This document shows, piece after piece, positions 9,089 through 16,451 of a stretch of 64,000 nt of DNA. The stretch is from contig JAJYKS010000005.1 in NCBI GenBank assembly GCA_021788365.1, forward strand, positions 14,754 through 78,753. The letters run 5' to 3'. Every line of letters begins with the position of its first letter. Within the stretch, counting starts at the first letter, position 1. The translations under genes and the position numbers were made by a program. The notes beneath the pieces were generated by a model that saw only the letters and a program-made list of their open reading frames with translations, did not search any database and had not been told where the DNA came from. Origin of the DNA: a bacterium. Its GTDB lineage: Bacteria; Patescibacteriota; Microgenomatia; UBA1400; UBA12108.

Positions 9089-9318
9089 GCCAGCGTCGCG
9101 GTTGGCGGATGCGTTGTGTGATGCTCTAGGTGGTTTACGCGCTGATTGAGGTTGCCTTGGTTTTTGGTAACAACTTCGAGTAGCTTATCGAGTTTTGCGT
9201 TAATTTTTGTATCCATTGTTTTCAGGTCGCTACGAATGCCAACGACATCCTCTTGGAGCTGACTCACCTTGGTGTTTAGAATATCTGTATTGGAAACGAT
9301 CTTCTTTTTTGCCGGCAT
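9085..9318 (-). CDS. Small coiled-coil hypothetical protein
   Basis: 77-aa ORF, heptad-like hydrophilic sequence, co-directional with fmt. No recognisable domain. Confidence 0.3.
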   Translation of the reverse strand: MPAKKKIVSNTDILNTKVSQLQEDVVGIRSDLKTMDTKINAKLDKLLEVVTKNQGNLNQRVNHLEHHTTHPPTATLA

Positions 9319-9326
9319 AGCTGCAG

Positions 9327-10298
9327 TTAATCATTTAGATAATACTTTGTAAAGTCACCCCAAGTGATGGGTTTGGGTTTACCAGCGATAAGGATCTCGG
9401 GAGTTGCATACCTGGTATGTGATCTGGTGAGGACGAGGGTGAGGCGAAGGTTGCCTTTTTTGGTCGGGCAAATGGTCCAGACACCCGGCCACGGGGTTAG
9501 TGCCCGGCAGAGCCGGGCAATTTCCAATGACCAATTTTCAATTTTCAAGTGTTGTGTTTTTATTTTTGCTAATCGCAATTTGAGGAGCAGGTTGGTGGTT
9601 TCATCAGGGGCAATGGGTTGATTCGCAAGGAGTTTTTGGACAACGGGCCATTCAACATAACCGGAGTCGCGGGTAAAGCGTTTTGCATAGACTAGGACCT
9701 CTTTTTCCTGGTGTTGTGACTGCGCGCTGGGAACGGGTTTACCGCTAATGTAGTCTGCTACGAGCCCTGCACCTCGAGCAAAAAGCTCGGTGAGGAGGTC
9801 TGGAGCTCCTATTCCTGGTGGGGTGGGTATCTTTTCTTGCGCGACGACTTTACCGGTATCCACGCCTTCGTCGATCGTGAAAATGCTGACGCCAGTTGTT
9901 GTGTCGCCTAACGCAAGCGCATAGGGAACAGGTGCTACGCCGCGGTATTGGGGGAGGAGTGAGGGGTGAATGTTGAGAATACTTTTTAGGAATGTTTTGA
10001 TTAGCGGGGAGGGAAGAATGTGACCAAAAGAGGCGACCAAACCATACTCGTAATGATATGATTTGAGCATATCAATAAAATTGCTCATTTCTTCACTTTT
10101 TTCTGGATAATATATTACTTTTATATTTTGCGTGATGGCTAGTTTTTCAACGGGGTTGGGCTCTCGCTTTTGCTCGCGACCTTTGGGTTTCCCTCGGTCG
10201 GTCACCACAGCTAAAATCGCGATGTTTTGATCATCGATTATCCGCTGCAGCACTATCGCAGAATACTGATCGACGCCAAAAAAGATAAGAGAATGCAT
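9327..10298 (-). CDS. fmt: Methionyl-tRNA formyltransferase
   Basis: N-terminal formyltransferase core with NIHPSLLPQYRGVAPV (SLLP..RG motif), ~320 aa with a C-terminal Fmt-type domain. Contains an in-frame (AATTTTC)n stretch at 9533-9550. Confidence 0.85.
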   Translation of the reverse strand: MHSLIFFGVDQYSAIVLQRIIDDQNIAILAVVTDRGKPKGREQKREPNPVEKLAITQNIKVIYYPEKSEEMSNFIDMLKSYHYEYGLVASFGHILPSPLIKTFLKSILNIHPSLLPQYRGVAPVPYALALGDTTTGVSIFTIDEGVDTGKVVAQEKIPTPPGIGAPDLLTELFARGAGLVADYISGKPVPSAQSQHQEKEVLVYAKRFTRDSGYVEWPVVQKLLANQPIAPDETTNLLLKLRLAKIKTQHLKIENWSLEIARLCRALTPWPGVWTICPTKKGNLRLTLVLTRSHTRYATPEILIAGKPKPITWGDFTKYYLND

Positions 10299-10322
10299 AC
10301 TGTGATTATACTAGCCCGAGGA

Positions 10323-10517
10323 TTATTTACCCAATGTTTTCCAGTTCAAGTAAATAGGGGTGAGCGGGGTGCCGTCCTCGTTGACGATCAGCGTGCGACC
10401 GTCCGCGGTTTCGATCTCTTCTAACCCATATAGTTTGAGGAGCTCTGATAGCGTCAGCTCACTTTCGTCGCGACTATCTCCAGTTGCTTCATGATCGGTT
10501 GGGAGAGTTTCGAACAT
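10323..10517 (-). CDS. Small acidic hypothetical protein
   Basis: 64-aa ORF, co-directional with its neighbours. No domain recognised. Confidence 0.3.
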   Translation of the reverse strand: MFETLPTDHEATGDSRDESELTLSELLKLYGLEEIETADGRTLIVNEDGTPLTPIYLNWKTLGK

Positions 10518-10535
10518 ATTACTTGTATTTATATC

Positions 10536-11306
10536 TTATGTAGGATTATCGTGCATGATAGCGGAGTAGAAGAAGACTATTGGGTCTTTTTCTGCCTCTG
10601 GCCTTTGTATGACAAGTCCAAATTTAATTTCATCAAACTCTCGTAGTGAGGTTGCAACAAAATCTTCGTTTGCTGTGAAAACTACTGTTGTATCTGGGGG
10701 ATATGGAGGATGACGATAGGCGGCGATGGGATTTGGACCCTCTGTTTTCACTTGCGCAAGATTGCTATTGAATACCTCCTCATCTGCGACAATGTACACC
10801 TTATTGTTGCTTAGGTCTGTGGCTTGTGCTGGTATAACGCTAAGTAAATGACCGTTGTCATGTTCGTTGGCGATGGCAACACACACGCCTTCTGCGTCGT
10901 CGCGAAGTGACTCGATAACTTCGGTCATGGAATGGACAACCTTTGTTTCTCGACCGGCCATGCTGCTTATACTGCTAATAACAGCAAGCGCTTCGTTTGG
11001 ATTAACTGCCGATGTGTTCCAATCTGGGGGAAGGAAGTCTGGGCCGACAACAAGACTTGCGGCTAAGCCGACACACCCACCGACGACATCGTCCGTCGTA
11101 CTAACTTGTTCAACGTCTGAGGTATATCCTCGGAGATAGTTGTATAACGACGAGGAATTTTGATCGTTGCTTGGTCTACAAAGGTCGGGAATTATGTCTT
11201 TGATATGTTGGCCTTGTGCAAGTCCGAGAGTTGCGGCATCTTTTAGGTGTTGGGCGGCATGATGCGATGCAAAATGGTTTTTTTGATCGCTTTTAGCTTC
11301 TAACAT
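10536..11306 (-). CDS. Hypothetical protein (256 aa)
   Basis: Long clean ORF inside the minus-strand hypothetical block. No motif recognised. Confidence 0.5.
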   Translation of the reverse strand: MLEAKSDQKNHFASHHAAQHLKDAATLGLAQGQHIKDIIPDLCRPSNDQNSSSLYNYLRGYTSDVEQVSTTDDVVGGCVGLAASLVVGPDFLPPDWNTSAVNPNEALAVISSISSMAGRETKVVHSMTEVIESLRDDAEGVCVAIANEHDNGHLLSVIPAQATDLSNNKVYIVADEEVFNSNLAQVKTEGPNPIAAYRHPPYPPDTTVVFTANEDFVATSLREFDEIKFGLVIQRPEAEKDPIVFFYSAIMHDNPT

Positions 11307-11316
11307 AAATGCGACA

Positions 11317-11685
11317 TTATGTAGCTGGAATTAGATTTATTAGACCGATGATATCGTCATCTTCGAGCACTTGGAATTCGTTGCTTTTTCTGCCGTCTGG
11401 TCCAATATCTTCGGAAATGCCACTGGCCGCTATCCCGGCTGCGGCAAGGACTGCAAGGATATCTGTATCTCTGGACTCTGTGGTGAGGCGTATCGACACT
11501 AATTCACAGGAGCTCGCTGCGGCGTTGGGCACGTCGTATACTGCTGCAACGGCTTTGTGTGCAGCCTCCATGTCTACTGGTGGGAACCCTAGTGGGGCAG
11601 GAAGGAGGGGTGTCTCTCCAGGCGGGATGGGATCTGATAGTACAAATTCGCGACTTAGATGATAGTTCATAAGTCTATTATACAT
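11317..11685 (-). CDS. Hypothetical protein (122 aa)
   Basis: Chosen over the fully overlapping plus-strand ORF 11309-11662, whose translation is S/R-rich and low-complexity. Confidence 0.35.
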   Translation of the reverse strand: MYNRLMNYHLSREFVLSDPIPPGETPLLPAPLGFPPVDMEAAHKAVAAVYDVPNAAASSCELVSIRLTTESRDTDILAVLAAAGIAASGISEDIGPDGRKSNEFQVLEDDDIIGLINLIPAT

Positions 11686-11778
11686 CCTATAGCAAGTTTC
11701 TATGGATAATCGGTGATACAGTTTATATGAGATTGTCTATCTTGAACGAATGTTGGGTTTGGGCTTTTAATATTTTTC

Positions 11779-12288
11779 ATGGGGGTGGTGAGAGGCAACG
11801 AAATTCTCAAAGGAACTGCCATCTCTGACCCCCTAGAAGGTTTGGCTTTTCATTTGCTTAATGGGCTTTTTGACGGTGTGGTTATTGGCCACGAGACGGA
11901 ACGAGCTGATGGGCCGGGAGGACTGACGATACCCGATCTCACCTTTAGGGAACACGTTGAAGATGGGAATAGAGTATTAATCGAGGTGACAAAATCCTGG
12001 CTTCTGCCAGACAAAGACCCAAAGGAGGATCAGCGTCGCAAACTGCAGAGCTATGTTAAAGAAACCCCCGGGACGGCCGCGCTCGTATTATATCGACAAA
12101 ATTTTGGGACGGACGACGCCCAGCTAGACTCCCTGAAGCTCGTGGATATGCTCGCGATGGGGGAAATAGATATGATGGAGGCGCAGGCACGAGCTAACCA
12201 GATTGCGCTCGAAAATAGCGCTATGACGCCGCAGAGTGGGGACGACCACATCTGGAATGATATGGTGATGGCGCTTCTTGGCGGGTAG
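11779..12288 (+). CDS. Hypothetical protein (169 aa)
   Basis: Only plus-strand gene inside the otherwise minus-strand block. Followed 1 nt later by the convergent 148-aa gene. Confidence 0.45.
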   Translation: MGVVRGNEILKGTAISDPLEGLAFHLLNGLFDGVVIGHETERADGPGGLTIPDLTFREHVEDGNRVLIEVTKSWLLPDKDPKEDQRRKLQSYVKETPGTAALVLYRQNFGTDDAQLDSLKLVDMLAMGEIDMMEAQARANQIALENSAMTPQSGDDHIWNDMVMALLGG

Positions 12289-12735
12289 TTATTTGGTGAG
12301 GATGTCGCCGAGCATGGTGACGATGTTTATGGATTGATCTCCGGCGTTTATTGCTTCGTTTATCGATAAAGTCTCTTGCATATCAAGGGCCTCTCGGTGA
12401 TGTCTTCGACTATTTTCAGCTACTTCTTCTGGAGATGGGAAGGGTATGCCAAGTACGGCAAATTCGGCACGAGCGATTGGCTCGATGATTGCGTTTACAA
12501 TAAGGTCTAATCCTGGGTGATTTTCTATTGCTCTTGTGATCTGATCCATTACGAGGAGTGGTGGGTAGATGATTTTAGCTTCGGTAAGACCATGGCCGGT
12601 TAGCTCGGGCACAACAACGTGGTCGTGTTCCAGCGCTCTTCCGGTGTACCTAGCCCTAACAAAATCGCTCTCTGCTGCCTGTGCAGAAAGGCTTTGAGCT
12701 AGTGTCGTGGCTTTTTCATGAACGGCGGTATTCAT
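12289..12735 (-). CDS. Hypothetical protein (148 aa)
   Basis: Clean ORF, 9 nt downstream of the 557-aa gene. Confidence 0.45.
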   Translation of the reverse strand: MNTAVHEKATTLAQSLSAQAAESDFVRARYTGRALEHDHVVVPELTGHGLTEAKIIYPPLLVMDQITRAIENHPGLDLIVNAIIEPIARAEFAVLGIPFPSPEEVAENSRRHHREALDMQETLSINEAINAGDQSINIVTMLGDILTK

Positions 12736-12744
12736 AGTACCTGA

Positions 12745-14418
12745 TTAACCCATTGTCATAGCGTCACGCTTTATCCCGAGACCTTGGTCTTGGGCGGCTT
12801 GCATTTTTGTTTTTAACACTTCTAGTGAGTCCATTTTTCTTCCGAGGCTATTGATCACTCGTTTGTGAGCGCCGATTTTTGCCACTAGTTCTCTTTGTGA
12901 TGGGTTGTTAAGTGCTTTATTTTCGTCATATGAGGAACTTGCGGGATCAAAGGCAAATGGATTAATACCAACAGATTCGGCAAGTGCTAGACGACGCAGT
13001 AAACTTTCCATTTCACGGCGTTGAATGGTCCTAATCTCATTTTGTTGGTCGGCAATTTTTTCGAATGCTGGGCTGTAATCGAGGGGACCGGCTCCGCGGT
13101 TGTAGCGTTTCAATGGGTAAGCAGTGGCGCCAAGTGGAAGGAGGTCTATAACTTTGTTGGGACGAATAGGATCTTTATATGCTGGCTCGGAGGAAAAAAC
13201 GGCCGTATCGGCGTGGGATTTTGCAGTATCTGCGGATTTGGCGAGTATGCCAAGGTTACGCAAAAATTGAATGGTGAGTCCCGGGTCACGAACAGCAATC
13301 GTAATGGGATCGTTTGGCGCTTGTAGTTGACGCAATACAATTATACCACCCAGGCCATTTGCGGCCCACCAGTCGATGTTGGTTTCTATAAAACCAGGAC
13401 CTTTTCTACGTAGGTGGTCGATGTATTTGAGTGTGCCATCACTCATTAACGTGTCAGATGCACTTGTGGGAGCGACGGTGAGGGTGGAGAGCTGAATTTT
13501 TCGCGTATCTTCGCGGTCGTCAGCATTTATTATTCGCTTTACAACTAGCTCGCGGGGGGTGACATACCAGTACGTGCTAGCTAAATCTTTTCTTTCCTCG
13601 GGGGTCATCATGATGTGGGCAGTGACCCAGTCGGTGATGTATGCTTTGTCGGCTGGAGTCGCGGCAAGCCTTGCCAGGGAGGCGGTGATTTCGGGACGGT
13701 TTTGCGTCCACATATTACCTATCTGGGTGAGGGCGACGTCACTTGCTCGCCCGAATACATACCGGTACAACTCGCGCGCGATTACTTCTGGTGGAACCCT
13801 TCCAACCTTTAGCATGAGATCGTTTGCAACTTTGATTTCGTCTTCGGTAGGGCTGCCTCCATGCGAGCTGTCTTGTTCGCCCATATAAAGCTGCATTGCC
13901 TTTGTCCTGGCTTGTTGATCGAGGAGTGCGGCTGTTTGTTCTTCACCAACCAATCCATCTGACGAGAGTGACATATATTTGGCTAATATGCCTCGGTATG
14001 TTATGGCGATATGGTCGGGATTGGGTAAGTCTGGTTCGAGACCTCGAATGTCAAGGCGACGTTTTACCTTATGAAAACCTTTTAGAACCCCTTCCTGAAA
14101 GCTATCTGCGACTGGAGGGATATGAATTTCCTTCTTCTTAATGATTGGTATTTCTATTGGTAGGGGGATTCTTGTGTCGTGGGTAAGTGCTTTAGCGTAG
14201 AGAATGTGAGATATTGCGGTGGAAGTTGTTACCTTGTTTGCTCCAGGAGCCGGTAGCTGAGGGGTCTTTTGGTCTGGTGCTATAGTGGCACCCCACATCC
14301 GTGCGATGATCGCGAAATCGTCCTCTTCAACCTGTACGGGTGTATGTCCTTGCGGTGCACCTTCTGGGGATCTACTGCCGCCCCAAGCTAATCCGATATC
14401 TTGCCAAATATCTGCCAT
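12745..14418 (-). CDS. Hypothetical protein (557 aa), no P-loop
   Basis: Large clean ORF. No Walker A, TM or nuclease motifs recognised by eye. Confidence 0.55.
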   Translation of the reverse strand: MADIWQDIGLAWGGSRSPEGAPQGHTPVQVEEDDFAIIARMWGATIAPDQKTPQLPAPGANKVTTSTAISHILYAKALTHDTRIPLPIEIPIIKKKEIHIPPVADSFQEGVLKGFHKVKRRLDIRGLEPDLPNPDHIAITYRGILAKYMSLSSDGLVGEEQTAALLDQQARTKAMQLYMGEQDSSHGGSPTEDEIKVANDLMLKVGRVPPEVIARELYRYVFGRASDVALTQIGNMWTQNRPEITASLARLAATPADKAYITDWVTAHIMMTPEERKDLASTYWYVTPRELVVKRIINADDREDTRKIQLSTLTVAPTSASDTLMSDGTLKYIDHLRRKGPGFIETNIDWWAANGLGGIIVLRQLQAPNDPITIAVRDPGLTIQFLRNLGILAKSADTAKSHADTAVFSSEPAYKDPIRPNKVIDLLPLGATAYPLKRYNRGAGPLDYSPAFEKIADQQNEIRTIQRREMESLLRRLALAESVGINPFAFDPASSSYDENKALNNPSQRELVAKIGAHKRVINSLGRKMDSLEVLKTKMQAAQDQGLGIKRDAMTMG

Positions 14419-14436
14419 ATATATTCTTTCGAGAAA

Positions 14437-14718
14437 TCAATTCCCCCAAAGGGCGTTTAAGAAAAGCGCTTGGGCAGCAGCTTGGTCTGCTGGAAGTTTG
14501 AGGTTGGCGAGTTTTTCTTCATTCCATGCGACTGAGACTTCAAGCATAATGGGGGATATGTCAAGCAACTCTGACAACGTGGGTTGTACGGGAGTGGCCG
14601 GTTCTATGGTCCATGCTTTTGATAGATCTTCGAACGGGTTGGAGGTCATGTTATTTCCCCCCTCCCTCTTTGTTTCCAGAGAGTGCAGTGGTGACCATAG
14701 AAAGTGCTGTCTGGGCAA
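14437..14718 (-). CDS. Hypothetical protein (93 aa)
   Basis: ORF overlapping the upstream gene by 68 nt; the true start of one of the two is probably internal. Confidence 0.35.
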   Translation of the reverse strand: MPRQHFLWSPLHSLETKREGGNNMTSNPFEDLSKAWTIEPATPVQPTLSELLDISPIMLEVSVAWNEEKLANLKLPADQAAAQALFLNALWGN

Positions 14719-15127
14719 GTGCGTTGAGGACCTCTTTTCCCTTTTTAGCCCCGCGATCTACGACGTCTTCGCGATCCGCTTTCATAAAGTTAGGGATATG
14801 ATCTTCGTCGATATTAGTAAAGATATCTTGAAACGGTTCTGTTAAGAAGGCTACAGCTTGGGATTTGAAGGAATTCTCTTTCTCTTTTGCTGCAGCTTCG
14901 TGGGCAGCGGCTTGATCCATGACGCCTTTTTGGTAAGCAGCGGTTGCAGCTTGTACGCTGGCGCCATGTATTGCGAGCCGTGCCAGATCTTCTGGAATGG
15001 AGGGTGGAGCTACACGTTTTGGATCGATAACTTCTCCTTGAGCCGCTTGTGCCCCTTTTGAGCTTGGAGACCATGCGGCGCTAATTTCATCGAACAGTGA
15101 GGTTTCGGTAGCATTGCCTTTTGTCAT
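14651..15127 (-). CDS. Ala-rich hypothetical protein (158 aa)
   Basis: Clean ORF with an A/E/K-rich helical-looking sequence. Confidence 0.45.
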   Translation of the reverse strand: MTKGNATETSLFDEISAAWSPSSKGAQAAQGEVIDPKRVAPPSIPEDLARLAIHGASVQAATAAYQKGVMDQAAAHEAAAKEKENSFKSQAVAFLTEPFQDIFTNIDEDHIPNFMKADREDVVDRGAKKGKEVLNALAQTALSMVTTALSGNKEGGGK

Positions 15128-15326
15128 ATATTCCTTATTTTTATTATGTACGTAATGTGTATTTATTTTACCTTATAGGTCAAGATATGAGAAAGTGACC
15201 CAAAAACGCGCTACGTGTTCAGCCAAAATGGCTGAATTTTGCACGTAGCGCGTGTGGGGGTAAACGAACATGTTCCATGGCCGCCTTGAAGGGCAGGTTT
15301 GGTCGTGTGGGCGGCCATGGTTTTCA

Positions 15327-15995
15327 TTATGGGGCCTTCGTGAGTGCGCTCAGGTGCACACAGACACCAGTGGTGGTCAGACCTCGATTTCCCGCGATAT
15401 TGTGCGATGGCCAGGTTTGCGTGATGGTGACGCTCGTCCCGTAGGGGATCGAGTTGGGATTGGCCAAAGGGTCCGTGTCTGTGCAGATACCTCCCGTTGG
15501 TGTTCGGGCCGTGGCACCGTCGGTCATGCTGACCGTGTAATTTCCGGTAAGGCCGGTAGATGGGGCGGCGAGGGACTGGCCAGTCGTTGTGGGAGCGGGG
15601 GTGATTGTGGGGATGATGGGTCCGGGGGCCGCTTGGGTTGATTGGGGCACACCGATTCCAGGAGGAGGGACGGGAGTAATGCTATCCATTGAATCGCGTA
15701 GCGCACCAAACAGGCTGTTGCCATACTGTGGGACTAATCTGATTCCTATGGGAACTAGGATCAGGAGAACTGCCACAATCAAGGCGCCCCAGAAGGCGAC
15801 CTTTGCGGCCACTTTTGGTCCCATTTTCAGTAGCCCGCCGGCCGTGCGTAACGCCCATCGGAGCACCAGGAAGCCGACCACCGCTGCGATTATGAACCAG
15901 GAGTTGCTTGCGAGGGCCATTAGCCACTGCAGCGCATTTCCTATCCCACCAGCAAAGGTGGTAAAGTAACTTACGATTGTTTGAATAATAGGCAT
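15327..15995 (-). CDS. Membrane protein with N-terminal TM hairpins and Pro/Thr-rich extracellular C-terminal region
   Basis: Three predicted TM helices in the first 90 aa, then a P/T/G-rich region. VirB2/VirB3-like topology is possible but unproven. Confidence 0.5.
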   Translation of the reverse strand: MPIIQTIVSYFTTFAGGIGNALQWLMALASNSWFIIAAVVGFLVLRWALRTAGGLLKMGPKVAAKVAFWGALIVAVLLILVPIGIRLVPQYGNSLFGALRDSMDSITPVPPPGIGVPQSTQAAPGPIIPTITPAPTTTGQSLAAPSTGLTGNYTVSMTDGATARTPTGGICTDTDPLANPNSIPYGTSVTITQTWPSHNIAGNRGLTTTGVCVHLSALTKAP

Positions 15996-16145
15996 ATTTG
16001 CCTCCGTTTGAATTCGCGATTACCATTCGGCGTTGCCGTTTCTGGTTCTCCCTAGGCTCGCGTCTGCCTATACTGCAGGGCCGTCCTTGCTTGGTTGTGT
16101 GCCAAGCGTTAATCACCTCCTCTCATAGGTGAAGGTTATACATCC

Positions 16146-16439
16146 CTACGGTGATGGGATGGGCGATGGGGTAATGCTCTCGACTTGGAGTTGTAGCTCC
16201 CAGACCCTTTCGAGCCTGTATTCCTTGCCTTCATACACTACAATCGTGCCGTAGTTTTCGTTTTTTACTGGCAAGGAATCGTAACTGGAGTACTCCAGGT
16301 ACCATGTGGTTTTGGCGCTGTCTATGTAGACAGTCCAGGGAGTGGTTCCTTTTTCCAGCGTTACGGGAGCTAAAACTTTTGGTGCGAGTGCGTTACATCC
16401 CATGCATAGAATTAGGGATACTAGTAGTATCTTTTTCAT
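16146..16439 (-). CDS. Small secreted lipoprotein-like protein
   Basis: Signal peptide MKKILLVSLILCMGC with lipobox-like cysteines, 97 aa, immediately downstream of the hydrolase gene. Confidence 0.55.
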   Translation of the reverse strand: MKKILLVSLILCMGCNALAPKVLAPVTLEKGTTPWTVYIDSAKTTWYLEYSSYDSLPVKNENYGTIVVYEGKEYRLERVWELQLQVESITPSPIPSP

Positions 16440-16451
16440 CTATAAAATCCT

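Noticed and set aside
11309-11662. Plus-strand ORF 11309-11662 as the real gene at this locus
   Set aside because: Its translation is Ser/Arg-rich low complexity. The overlapping minus-strand ORF is co-directional with its neighbours and more protein-like. Low confidence either way.
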